Shown here: positions 12,121-24,759 of the stretch, in pieces | How positions within the stretch are numbered: the stretch's first letter is position 1 | Layout of the letters: each line of letters begins with the position of its first letter | NCBI GenBank assembly: GCA_951406725.2 | Contig: OX597828.1 | Coordinates: 25,358,001 to 25,422,000, forward strand | Direction: 5' to 3' | DNA: 64,000 bases | Source of the DNA: Octopus vulgaris | Lineage: Eukaryota | Notes under the pieces: model-generated | Seen by the model: only the letters and a program-made list of their open reading frames with translations | What the model was told of the DNA's origin: nothing | Databases searched by the model: none | Position numbers and translations under genes: made by a program

Positions 12121-12238
12121 CAGATCGTATAAACAATGTCCGACTGAATGGGCAAAAAATAAGAAGCGTGCGTAGCGTTACATTAAGTAATAAGTCCCAA
12201 AATTTGAACAGAAACGCAATAAAGGAACAAACGGAGAA

Positions 12239-12283
<45 letters not shown>

Positions 12284-12285
<2 letters not shown>

Positions 12286-12655
12286 GCCAGAACTGGGCGC
12301 CACTGCGTGGTGTCAAGGACTCCAAATTTGCCATCAAGATGTAGGACAAGATACTGTGATAGCCTGGGCTTCAGAGGCCCACAGCTCTTCAATATCCTCC
12401 CGAAGAACCTGAGGGACCTGCATGGGGTGGATGCGGATGTCTTTAAAGTAGGACTGGATCTCTTCCTGTCAGGTGTCCAGGATGAACCAACTTCACGGCA
12501 GGAGGTGCAGATGAGGGCAGCTGCATCGAACTCTCTCATGCACCAAATGGCAGTTGCTAAAAAGCATTCGTGAGGTAAAATCATGTAGCAACACCAAATG
12601 GCGGTGCCCCAGCATGGCCACAGCTCAAGAGCTGAAACTGGAAAACATAAACATA
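12284..12655 (+). mobile_element. CR1-group LINE 3' end
   Basis: GPQLFNILPKNLRDLHGVDADVFKVGLDLFLSGVQDEP...AASNSLMHQ followed by tail ggcggtgccccagcatggccacagctcaagagctgaaac. Confidence 0.85.
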
Positions 12656-13599
12656 AACATATATATAGTCAAGTAGAAAAAAAATGATTGAATTTATCTA
12701 ACAACCCTATACAATGTTTCTCGAATCACTAAAAATTTTTATATTCTGGGCTCGCAAAAAACGGTGAGCTTGCAGAATCGTTAGCGAGTCGGACTTAGCG
12801 GCATTTTTTCCCCCCGGTTCTTTACGCTATGACTTCAAATTTCGCTGAGATCTACTCTGTCTTTCAGCCTTTTGGGATGAGATCGACCAGCCGTTACCCA
12901 CAAAATTTCAGGCCTTGTTCCTATAGCATAATGGATATTATGGACATGGAAATGTGGTCGTACAGTAATTGATAATTTTGGCACAAAGTAAGCTAAAGTA
13001 GTCTGACTGGAAATGTTATTCTCCAGTTAGGCACTTGATAGGCACAAAGTACCTTTTTTTTTTCTTTAAAAACATAGTGTTCTACTGTGTCATCAATAAT
13101 GCGATCGTCTAGTCATTGATAGAAACAATGCATTCGAAGCAGACAGGCGCTTTATAGTGTAATCAGTTAAACGGTCGCCCGGCAAGCAATAGATTATTTA
13201 AGAAGGAGACATTCCTCTATGTAATTTCGGTCGTCTGCAGAGCGATTTTAGGTGCACGGTACGTTTTTTTTTTGTTTTTTAAAGTAAGAGCATAATAAAT
13301 TGTACCGAATTGGAAAAACCTAATAATACTATTGATGTCGACAACATTGATAATAATACTGGAAAGAAAGGTGGTGGTAGAGGAAAGAAAGAGGAAGACG
13401 AAAAGAACAGAAGAAAACCTTTTCTTGTTTGCTTGACCTGTTAGAAACTGTCAGCAAATTTCCTCCCAAATACGTCCTATTGTCTTTAAACAGCTCTCAT
13501 TAAATAATGTAGTCCAGAGTACACTACGTTTGAAAAAAAGGACAGGCATGTTGTTGGTCCTTGGTTTGATTGATCAGGTCTGCTGAATAATCCTTTCTA

Positions 13600-14000
13600 C
13601 TGAAGGCACGTGGTCCGAAATTTGGTAGGAGGGGACTGATCGATTACATCGATCCCCAATGTTCACAATGTTCAACTGGTACTTATTGTATCAACCCCGT
13701 GAAGATGAAAGACAAAGTGGACCTCGGCGGATTTTGAACTCAGAACGTTCAGACAGACGAAATACCTATTTCTTTACTACCCACAAGGGGCTAAACACAG
13801 AGAGGACAAACAAGGACCGACAACCGGATTAAGTCGCTTATATCGACCCCAGTGCGTAACTGGTACTTATTTCATCGACCTCGAAAGGATGAAAGGCAAA
13901 GTCGACCTCGGCGGAATTTGAACTCGGAACGTAACGGCAGACGAAATACCACTAAGCATTTTTGCCAGACGTGCTAACGATTCTGCCAGCCCACCGCCTT
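13600..14000 (-). mobile_element. SINE-B dimer (young head plus body joined to an older body)
   Basis: Two bodies joined at gaaatacctatttc. Confidence 0.8.
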
Positions 14001-14402
14001 AGATCTACTAAATAATAACAAATTATCAAATAAGCAGCCTCATCACAAATATAGAACAATTTAAAAATATAGTAATCTAAGGAGAACAACAGAGACGGGC
14101 CAGTGATATGAATTTTGTTATATGTCGGGTGGTCATTTTATTTTTCATGCCACGCACTATTTATTCGTTCTTCACGTGTTTACCATTGTTCTTAATTCAT
14201 GTCCATTGTCTGGAAAAATCTTTCATCACACATCTGTGACCTCTCCAGCAACTCTCCATCCCTTGTGTCTCCTCCTGTTTAATCCATTCTGTCTTTCTAT
14301 GGTGGGTATCCTTATCTGCGCATGCATTTGCGTCTGTATCTGTGTGTGTCTGTGCGTGCATGTGTGTGTGTTTGTACGCGTCTCTACGTGTTTTGCTATT
14401 GT

Positions 14403-14436
<34 letters not shown>

Positions 14437-15246
14437 TGTGTGTGTGTGTGCGTGTGTGTGTGTATGGGTTTGCTTACTATGCAGTTTGTACCCATATGAA
14501 TTTTGTTTTGGTATTACTTTCTGTCATCCATACATTTTTTACTACGCGATTAGTCAAGAGCATAATCTAAGGGAAGCAACTCAAGAGTCTGGGTTATGGA
14601 TTATTTCCCTTAATAATCGTCTTTAAACCTAGAAACGGTGACGTATGCAGAATTTAACTATGATCCTTTACATTTTGATTTCAGATTCCTTTGGGATCGA
14701 CTTTGCCATTTATCTTTTCAGGCTTCACAAAATAAGTTCAAATCTATTATTCATATCGATCTAATCGACAGTTTACCTATCCTACAAAATTTGTTGTCTT
14801 AACGTAAAAAATTATTATTCCACGCGGGTAAAGGTTGGTGGAAATAACGGAACACCGCTGGAATTATATTGATCTATTCAGTTATGCCCTTCCATATTTC
14901 GAGTTCTAATCCAGATATGGAGTTCACTCTGCATTTTATTCTTTCGTTGTCGAAAAAACAAACAAACAAACAAAAAAAAAACTAATCATTAAGTACCAGT
15001 GAAATGCTGAGATCGATTCGGCCCAACTTTATAAATAAATAAACAAACAAATGAATATATAAATAAAATGTGAGGATGCTGCGTTCCATATTCAAGACGA
15101 AATACGTTTGAGAAACTGGGCTTCCAAACCTGTGGTCTTGCATTCAGATTCTCTGCAGGGCATCTTATGGAAGTGTCTTCTACTTAGCACGGTACCAATG
15201 CATTGTGTCTGGATTTGGTAGACGTAAAGTGAAAGAAACTCGTCCT

Positions 15247-15612
15247 GTATGTATGTATGTATGCATGTATGTATGTATGTATGTATGTATGTATGTATGT
15301 ATGTATGTATGTATGTATGTATGTATGTATGTATGTGTGTGTGTGTATGCGTGTATGCGTGTATGAGTGTATGTGTGTATGTATGTATGTATGTATGTAT
15401 GTGTGTGTGTATGCGTGTATGCGTGTATGTGTGTGTATGTATGTATGTATGTATATATGTATGTATGTGTGTATGCGTGTATGCGTGTATGCGTGTGTGC
15501 GTGTTTGTTTGTATGTATGTATGTATGTATGTATGTATGTATGTATGTATGTATGTATGTATGTATGTATGTATGTATGCACGTGTATGTATGTACGTAT
15601 GTACGTACGTAC
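15247..15612. repeat. (TATG)n/(TG)n compound microsatellite
   Basis: Direct reading. Confidence 0.95.
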
Positions 15613-15639
15613 GTTTGTCTCGTCTATTTTTTAATTATC

Positions 15640-16420
15640 AGAAACCTTCTACTGCAGAGAGAGCCAGTTTCCAACAAAAGGTTTTAGTGAATACAGACAA
15701 ATTCACATTTGGAACTTGAGAAAGTCTTGCATGTGTTTACTGTTCCACACACAGATTGCACTTGCAATGTACGGAACAGCCGGTCGATTTCTCTTTCTGA
15801 AAATGCCAGTTTACCCAGATTCACATTTAAGCATTTACTAACAAAACCTAGTGCTATAATTATTATTGTTATGAATATGAATTCATAGTCTGGATATAGA
15901 AGCTGGTGATTTCGAAACATTTGTCCATAGATATCCTCTTTTTCTTTGATTTTCAAAGAGATATTTGCATCTGCAGGGCAGCTGACCTCTATGACGGTAC
16001 ATACCTTTGCCCCTCTGTCCCAAACAACAATATCCAACCTGTCATGCTTACATTTGACAGACGTTTTGATGGGAATATTCCACCAGTATTGGTGTTAATG
16101 AATGTATTCTAATACTGGTGTTTAGGAATGCATTCCGTAACAGAGGGATTTTCTAAGTCTATTTCAGGACAGTCTTACTCGCGGATGGCATTGTAAATTG
16201 TTTTAGCGACAACATTGTCCCGCATAGGGAGGTAGTACCGTGACAACATCTTAGGACAGCTGCTAAACACATGCTTGATGTCTTCCACAGAAACATGACA
16301 TAGCCTACACATGCGATTACACCTTGCAATTACAAGAGCGTCACTATGTCTCTTGTTCACCAGGTACTTTGTGGCAGTCTCCAGTTCCTGGATTGCAAAC
16401 ACATAACCTTCACAGTGTGA
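15640..16420 (-). mobile_element. Decayed RLE-type non-LTR retrotransposon C-terminus (R4/Dong-like)
   Basis: FAIQE...CRLCHVSVEDIKHVFSSCP CCHC knuckle (16175-16402), then DIVVWDRGAKVCTVIEVSCPAD..KEKEDIY endonuclease (15684-16037). Confidence 0.85.
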
Positions 16421-16477
16421 TGCGATGTTGTGGTCTTGTGTCCAAGAGAGGCTGCGCTTCGTGTCAATTCTGCTGTT

Positions 16478-16600
16478 TACGGGGACGTAAACACTCCAGC
16501 ATCGGTTGTCAAGCGATGGTGGGGGTCAAACACAGACACACAAACATATACATACATACATACATGCATACATACATACATACATACATACATACATACA

Positions 16601-16632
<32 letters not shown>

Positions 16633-16694
16633 CGACGGACTTCTTTCAGTTTCCTTCTACCAAATCCACTCACAAGGTTTTGGTCGGCCCGAGG

Positions 16695-16697
<3 letters not shown>
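16478..16697 (-). mobile_element. SINE family A internal fragment
   Basis: acggggacgtaaacac...ctaccaaatccactcacaagg. Confidence 0.8.
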
Positions 16698-16724
<27 letters not shown>

Positions 16725-16729
<5 letters not shown>

Positions 16730-17590
16730 AGGTCCCGCCTAAACACAACACTGACGGAGATTGAAAACAGCCTGCAACAATCCCATGTGAAAGAGAGAGC
16801 AAACAAAGAAGCATGGGTTATATAAAAAAAAACCCATCAAATCAATTCCAAAGGCCTTCTTTCATTACGCGAAAGAAACAGCCTCAGTGCACTACAAGAT
16901 AGGACCCCTCCTCCAAAAGGATGGCTCCCTCGCAGACAGTCCAACTAAGATCAGTGAGATACTGAATGACCAGTTCAAAAGTGTCTTTACCACCCCGTTT
17001 GAACACAGACAAGTGAACGAACCAGTGGACTTCTTTGCCGCCTCACCTATAACCAGCGAGACAGTTACAATGGAATACATTGACATTAGCGAAGAAAATA
17101 TACTACTAGCCATAGATGAAGTGGGCACAAACTCAACTGCTGGTCCTGATGGTTTCCCAGCAGACTTCCACAAATCGTGTAAAAGTGCCCTGGCGAAACC
17201 ACTACAGATCCTCTTCTAGAGCTTTCTTGCAAATGGCAAGTTGCCGAGTAAACTGAAGGAGGGAATAATATACCTAATTTATAAAGAAGGAAGCAAGCAG
17301 TGCCAAAAACTATAGGCCTATCTCTCTGACTTCACACATTAACAAAGTCATGGAACGAATCGTCAGATGGAAACTAATCACACTCCTTGAAGAAAAGGAC
17401 TTGCTGAGTGATACCCAGCGTGGTTTTCGACCAAGTAGGAGCTGCCTGAAACAGCTCCTATAGCACTATTACTCGGTGTTGAATCAGTTACTCAACAACT
17501 CAAAAGTGGACGCAATCTACCTTGACTACGCAAAAGCTTTTGATAAAGTTAATCATGGTATGATATGCCACAAATTGCGTGATCTTGGCA
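16725..17590 (+). mobile_element. CR1-group LINE reverse transcriptase fragment (pseudogene)
   Basis: STAGPDGFPA...NYRPISLTSHINKVMERIV...QRGFRPSRSC...[17 protein letters not shown], with stops and a frameshift; truncated at (TA)n. Confidence 0.9.
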
Positions 17591-17607
17591 TATATATTTA
17601 CATACTT

Positions 17608-17671
<64 letters not shown>

Positions 17672-17742
17672 ATACATATATATATGTACATAAATATATA
17701 TATATATATATATACACATATATATATATATATATACACGTA

Positions 17743-17794
<52 letters not shown>

Positions 17795-17882
17795 TAATTG
17801 AGATTCAATTGAATTAGGTACCTAAGTTGAAGCACCAAGTCAGTCCGGTATTATCCGCACATCTCGAAGCGAGATGAATAAA

Positions 17883-18239
17883 ATCAAAATAAGTAACAGG
17901 ATGTCAAGTAGTAATGCAGTATGACTGTTTCAAGCGACTCCATTTAATTGATCAATGCAATCATTACATCAATTTAAATACAGCACTATCTTCGGTAATC
18001 TGTTTTCTTAGCTATTCTTGCTACAATAGCGACAACACGAATTTCTTCCATCCACTTGCTCTTTTAAGATATTTAAGAAAAATAATATTTATGTATTTTG
18101 TCTGTTGAAGTTCTATATTTGTGCTGCTGAAGACAGCGCTGTATTTAAATTGATGTAATTATTGCATTGTTCAATTAAATGGAGTCACCTGAAACGGTCG
18201 TACTGCATTACTTGTTGAAATCCTGTTACTTATTTTGAT
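17883..18239. repeat. Imperfect inverted repeat (~110-bp arms) between (TA)n tracts; right arm hammerhead-like
   Basis: 17883-17993 is the reverse complement of 18128-18239; CTGAAGA 18127-18133, GAAA 18191-18194, GTA 18200-18202. Confidence 0.75.
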
Positions 18240-18899
18240 ATATATATATATAGGGGCATGATGTGGTGTGGAATGATGTGATGTAGTTGTGTGTGGTGTG
18301 GTGTGGCGGTGTTGGTTTTGTGGGGTTATGAAGGTGGGGTGTAGGTTTGGGGTGAGGATGTGGGGATGGGATGGGGTAGTGGTGTTGGGATATGTAGGTG
18401 TGTGGTGTGGATGGAGAGGATGACGATGAAGGGAGAAGGTGGGTAGAAGTGAAGTGAGGAAGTGGGTGTCAGAACAAGAGAAGAGAGGAGGTGAGTCAGA
18501 TGAACAGAGGAGGGGATTTGAGCCCATACGGCGCGAAAGAACGAAGAGAGAAGATTAATACTTATTCACGGCGAAGGCGCGAGTCCAGATGGCCCCTCTG
18601 TAAAGACAATCTAAACACAGACAGGTGTTGTAATGAACGACCGATAGAGCGGAAATGGCGCGAGACTGGGCTATATGTGTATATAGTTCATAGATGAGAT
18701 CTAAATGCTCTCCGTATAAAATACTCTTAATAGTGCTCAAGAGATTTAAACTTGAGCGGATATAGAAGCAAATGTGGAGATAAGCAAATATATATATTGA
18801 TAGAAATGGTAATACAAGAAAAGAATGAAAGAGACCTCGATATTATGTAAATAGAGGAACTTATCTGTAAATATAATGTGACAATTATTCGGTAGCCAT

Positions 18900-18960
18900 G
18901 ATAAAACTCCGAGTTTCGGATGTCGGGGCGGAAACTCACGCCGCCATCTCTTCAGTTATC
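18900..18960 (-). ncRNA. Type I hammerhead ribozyme motif
   Basis: Minus strand: gataa-CTGAAGA-gatg..catc-c-GAAA-ctcggag-TT-ttatc. Stem I gataa/ttatc, near-palindromic stem III, predicted GUU site. Confidence 0.7.
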
Positions 18961-19712
18961 GGGCCATCGAAAAGATGCTATGAAAATGACCGTTAAACAA
19001 TGGGAAATTACTGTGTAATTGACCGTTATTAAGACAAAAGAGCTATTAGAATGACCGCTAAGTGAGGGGTGGGAGTAAAGGTAAAGGAGTAAAAATGTTC
19101 ATAGTATTCGCGTAAGCGTGCATGTCCATACGTACACAGCGCGTCCGCACACTCACGTACATGCGCCTATAAGTATATACTCATCCACCCTCACTTGAAA
19201 CACACACATGCTCACCCACACATTCGCCAAAAAGATATATACATACCCGCATACACGCTCGCACACACGCACACACATACACACACACAAAAGATGTTCA
19301 TACACAAGTCTATAATAGCACATACACAACAGGGCTAAAGGCAAAATACAGAAAAAAAGTGTAAAAAAAAAAAAGCAATAAGAGTAAAACACGTCTATAT
19401 ATACACATACTCGTATTCACGCACACACACACGTCTATATAAGCGCATACCCGCACACGTCTATATACGCACACACACACACACACACACACACGCACAA
19501 AAACGGTTCATACACATGTCTATATACGTACATATACCCGCATACACACACATCCACATGCGCGCACAAAAGATTCTATGTACACGTCTATATACGCACA
19601 GGGAAAATGCAGGGTCGAAAGTAGAATACAGAAAAATATATGAGTAAAAAATATACGAGCAGGTGCTCCAGCATGGCCGCAGTCAAATGACTGAAACCAG
19701 TAAAAGAGTAAA

Positions 19713-19786
<74 letters not shown>

Positions 19787-19937
19787 CAGCCGAAATTGCG
19801 AGGATGATCCGGTTCTTGACTGAAGATTGAAGGCTTCGAATGTCCCGTCCGTGTTTTTTGTATCGTCTTCTAAATGTTTTGCGTTCTTGTCCCAGTTTGT
19901 ATTCTTTTTACATATACATACATACATACATACATAC

Positions 19938-20002
<65 letters not shown>

Positions 20003-20004
<2 letters not shown>

Positions 20005-20370
20005 TAGTTCGTAAGGCATTTGAGGACATACATTTTTGGGATCATTGTTACATTTTTTACTAACTCTGTATAATCTTTGTTTCAGAAAATGATAATGGCA
20101 GACCCTCAGCTTACTCAAGAAATGAAGAGGCATGCTGTTATTGCGGTTATAAAGGCCGAGCATAGCGATTTAGAAATGTCTTGATTTTTAAAAGTTGCCA
20201 GATCTTTCGTGTGCAAAGTTTGTAAGGATCTAGAGATTGAAGACAGAAATGTATCAAAGCATAAAAAGCATAAAAAGCATTCTAAATGCTCTGAAATCAT
20301 CAGAACACCTGAATTATCCAACAAATTTAACAGACCATTAAATCTGTCCTCAAATATCTTACGCACCCTG
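20003..20370 (+). mobile_element. Tc1/mariner deletion derivative
   Basis: Imperfect TIRs (cgtaag..atttgaggaca / tgtcctcaaatatcttacgcaccctg), TA flanks, HTH-like remnant IKAEHSDLEMS*FLKVARSFVCKV. Confidence 0.6.
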
Positions 20371-20499
20371 TATATATATATATATATATATATTCAATAA
20401 TAATAAAGGATAAAATTAATTAATAATTCATAATTTTACCAAGTAGTTCGGTATGTTAAAAGAACCTTTATCGGTAACCTTATACAAAAATTCCATAAT

Positions 20500-20750
20500 T
20501 ATAAGCATACTTATAATTAGGGTTCAGCAAATTGCTTCACCATATACCGAAATTTAGAAATAGCAGTTAAATACTATTCCTCTACCATAAGATATCTCCA
20601 ACACACCAATACTCTTAATTCACGTAGGTACTTAAGAGTATTGCTATCTGGGCGATATCTTATGGTAGAGGAATAGTATTTAACTGTTATTTCTAAATTT
20701 CGGTATGTGGTGAAGCAATTTGCTGAACCCCAGTTATACTTATGCTTATA
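20500..20750. repeat. Fold-back (~120-bp arms)
   Basis: gggttcagcaaattgcttcaccatataccgaaatttagaaa... versus ...tttctaaatttcggtatgtggtgaagcaatttgctgaaccc. Confidence 0.9.
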
Positions 20751-20924
20751 TATATATATATAAGCATAATAGCTTGTGATGGTATTTTAATAATACCATC
20801 CCTATATTTATTTATAAATAATTTTACACATTTCGTTTGTTCGTACGGTGCTTGGTCACTTCAAACGAACTTTTGCAGGCATGATGGGGGAGAGGATGTT
20901 AGTAGTAATTTAGCTGGCGGACTT

Positions 20925-20978
20925 TGGCTGATGAGAAATCAGGCACCTATTTGGCACTAAATTTCGAAACCGGTACCA
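20925..20978 (+). ncRNA. Type I hammerhead ribozyme motif, intact core
   Basis: tgg-CTGATGA-gaaat(21 nt)atttc-GAAA-ccgg-TA-cca. Palindromic ACCGGT stem III, predicted cleavage after GUA 20973-20975. Confidence 0.8.
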
Positions 20979-22003
20979 GGTTGACCAGCATTTACTTGTT
21001 CTGACCCATTTGAGGTAAGACATCATTATTGTTCACTGATATTTTTTCCTATCTTGTCTGTAATGGATTGGCGACTATTCGGTGGTACAGAAGTATTTTT
21101 TGACTTCTGTCATTAGCGATATAGGCACTCATGTAGTGCCCTTGTGTATATATGTACATATCTAATGTTGTATGTATATATTTTATTAATTTGCCTGTAC
21201 GGCTGATAATTCGCTTACCACTTGTGATGGTATTTTAACAATACCATCCCAATATATATATATATATTAATAAATAAAACATATGCATATATATATACAT
21301 ATATGTACTACCTACCTCTACATGTATATATACACGCATATATGAGTACAGGACACCAAAAAAAAGACGTCGAACACAATGAGAAACGAAAACATAGACA
21401 CAAACCCAAGGAACTGGACATTTTTTTAAACAACAAAATATATATATATATATACACAGTCGCAGGATTGTGTTTGCAAAATAATGCTAGTTATAAAATA
21501 TCTTAATTGTCAATGTGATAGCACAAATTTATCGCGTATTTTTATTTCCGGCAATCTCGATTTAAATCTCGATACTCAAAATTTCACGCCAGGAGCAATC
21601 CTCATATGAGGGCCATTGGTGATGTGCTTTCCGACGCAATCGCCGATCGTACGGTGCAGCTGTACTCTCTCTCTATATATATATGTGTGTGTGTCCGTGT
21701 GTGTGCGCGCGCGCGTGTGTATATACATATATATATATATATATGCACTAAACACAAGAATATATATTCTTTTTGTAGAATCTATGAACATGCTCGCATA
21801 CACACACGTATATACGCGTGTGTATATGTGTATACACTCATATGTGTGTGTGTGTATGTGTGTGTGAATGTGTGTGGGTGCGTTGTTCCTCCTTTGCACA
21901 CTTGCCGGCGGCTTATTATAGAGTAAGCTTTCACTGGACACTGGTACAAAAGAACAAGAACAAAAAAAAAAACAAACCAGAAACAAAACTATAAAGAGCA
22001 AAA

Positions 22004-22056
<53 letters not shown>

Positions 22057-22089
22057 AAGTAAATATATGGTACAACGAAGCACCGATAC

Positions 22090-22318
22090 ATACACACACA
22101 CACACACAGAAACACACACTTCACCAACACAAATACACAAACGTATATTCATATGTACACATGCACAGATAAAAAAAAAAACACTCATTGGTAAATGCAT
22201 ACACAGACACACACACACACACACACACACACACAAGCACATACACACAACATACACACACAACGAAACACTATAAAGACCTTTACTGGAAAGCAATACT
22301 CTCGTATTGCATTACTAT

Positions 22319-22368
<50 letters not shown>

Positions 22369-22642
22369 CAAAAAAAAGCAGAAGGAAACACCATCATCAG
22401 CAACCAAACACCAACAACAAACTAAAAATGAACAGAACTTAGACATTATGCGACTGCAAATAAAATCTGCTCTACATTGCGTTCGAAAGTAGGGACAGTG
22501 GCCTGAGGTGTTTGTTGGAATTGGAGCAACGGGCGAGATGAAAACTTCTCCCACAAGACTCCACAAGCAACAGCCTCGTTTCGTAGCTTCCAGTTATGTG
22601 CAATGTCAGATTGGCTTGGCAATTGCATCTGTGTGTCTCTGT

Positions 22643-22711
<69 letters not shown>

Positions 22712-22849
22712 CATGCATTATATGGTGAGCGTGTGTATTTATCTGTATTTCAGTATGCGTTTGTTGCGCATGCGTGCGGTATGTTCCCGAATTTCTTTTG
22801 TGGGTCTTTATAGTGTTTCGTTGTGTGTGTATGTTGTATGTGTGTGTGC

Positions 22850-22911
<62 letters not shown>

Positions 22912-23030
22912 CTGTGTATGCATTTACCAGTGAGTGTTTTTTATGTGTGCATGTGTACATATGAATATATGTTTGTGTATTTGTGTTGGTGAAGTATGTG
23001 TTTCTCTCTGTGTGTGTGTGTGTATGTATA
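22090..23030. repeat. Inverted duplication (arms ~22090-22280 and ~22802-23030)
   Basis: Unique words cttcaccaacacaaatacacaaac, ggtaaatgcatacacagac and caacgaaacactataaagacc recur reverse-complemented. Confidence 0.85.
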
Positions 23031-23311
23031 TATATACATACATACATACATACATGTGTGTGTGTGTGTGTGTGTGAATGAATTTTAGGGATGGGTGTAG
23101 GAAGAAAGCATATTAAAAGGATACTCTAAAATCTAGAGAGAGAGGATGAGAGAAAGAGAAGGTGTAGAACAAAACAAACATGTATGAGATGCGCGCGCAC
23201 ATTTGCCAGTTATTTTCGTTATTCAAACTATTCGGTGGATCCCTCTGAGAGCAACCAGAGTAGTATGTATGTATGTATGTATGTATGTATGTATGTATGT
23301 ATGTATGTATG

Positions 23312-23487
<176 letters not shown>

Positions 23488-23498
23488 TAGATAGATAA

Positions 23499-23539
<41 letters not shown>

Positions 23540-23634
23540 CAGACAGATATACAAATATACATACAATAAGTATTATATACTCACACGCATATATATATAT
23601 ATATTTATACATATGCATATGTGTGTGTTTGTGT

Positions 23635-23670
<36 letters not shown>

Positions 23671-23699
23671 ATGCATGTATTTATTTAATGTATTTATAT

Positions 23700-23849
23700 C
23701 AGTCGTGTGCAAACTGCGGTACGTGGGATTTTCTGAATGCCACATCTGACGAAAAGTTACCATGAACAATTTTTTCAGTAGTGCGGACCACGTGATTGTA
23801 AATCATGTCTCATGCGGTCCGATTCTCGAAAAAAGGTTGCCTATTCCCG
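23700..23849. mobile_element. Decayed hAT-type MITE
   Basis: Ends cagtcgtgtgcaaactgcgg / aggttgcctattcccg; exact 8-bp TSD atttatat (23692-23699, 23850-23857). Confidence 0.65.
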
Positions 23850-24759
23850 ATTTATATGATATAATATTTATTGTCTTCCTATAACTGTTCCTTTTAAGTC
23901 TTTATTGTCTTTGAAACAAAAACGGAAAAAGAAAAGAAAAAAAGGGAGAAAGCTTTATCGTGACCTTTGGATAAAGTGTTTAACTTTTGAATCATGTTAT
24001 TAAATTCTTATCTAACTTTGTTAAACTGCTGAACTAAGTTGCTAAACTTTTGAACTTCATTTTAAAACTAACTTAAGAAGGCAACATTTCGTCCATTTTT
24101 TCCGTTTTGAGTTCAAATTCCGCCGTGGTTGACTTTGCCTTTCATTCTTTCGGAGCTCTATAAAATAAGTATCAGTCAAATACTAGGCGCGGTGTCGTCG
24201 ACTACCACCCCACCCCAAATCTTCGGGTCTTGTGTCTATAGTAGAAACAATCATTAAACGAACTATTGAGAATTGCAGCGCGCAGAAAAGGCGGCAATCT
24301 GGCAGAAACATTACTGCGCCGGACAAATACGTAGTGGCATTTTTTCCGGCTTTACGTTCTGAGTTAATATATCTCCGAGGTGAAATTTGCGTTTTATCGT
24401 GGGTAAAATAAATACCAGTTGAGTACTGGGGGTCCTATGTAATCGACTGACCTCTTACCCAAGATTTCACACCTCGTGCCTATAGTAGAAAGAATTATAG
24501 TGAAAAGAATTACAATGCGGAAGATACATTCTACCCGTTCAGAAACACACAAAACTGTTGACTTCACTTAAACATTTATTATTTGGCATTATTCGCAGTG
24601 GGACCGTTTCAATGACCAGGTTGCAATTGGCGCGACGAAAATGCCAACACTAAATAACAAATGTCTGAATGAAGTTAACAGTTTTTTGTCTATTTTTGAA
24701 TGGTTAATTTGTATCCTCCATGCTGTAATTACTTTACTTTCAGTCATGGATTCAGTTCG

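Noticed and set aside
19818-19852. CTGAAGA..gaag/cttc..GAAT motif (similar weak cases at 32220-32260, 47279-47325 and 51187-51200)
   Set aside because: Core incomplete or stems inconsistent; possibly decayed ribozymes but not supportable
21455-21656. Transib-like CAC...GTG ends
   Set aside because: TIR match is poor and there is no 5-bp TSD
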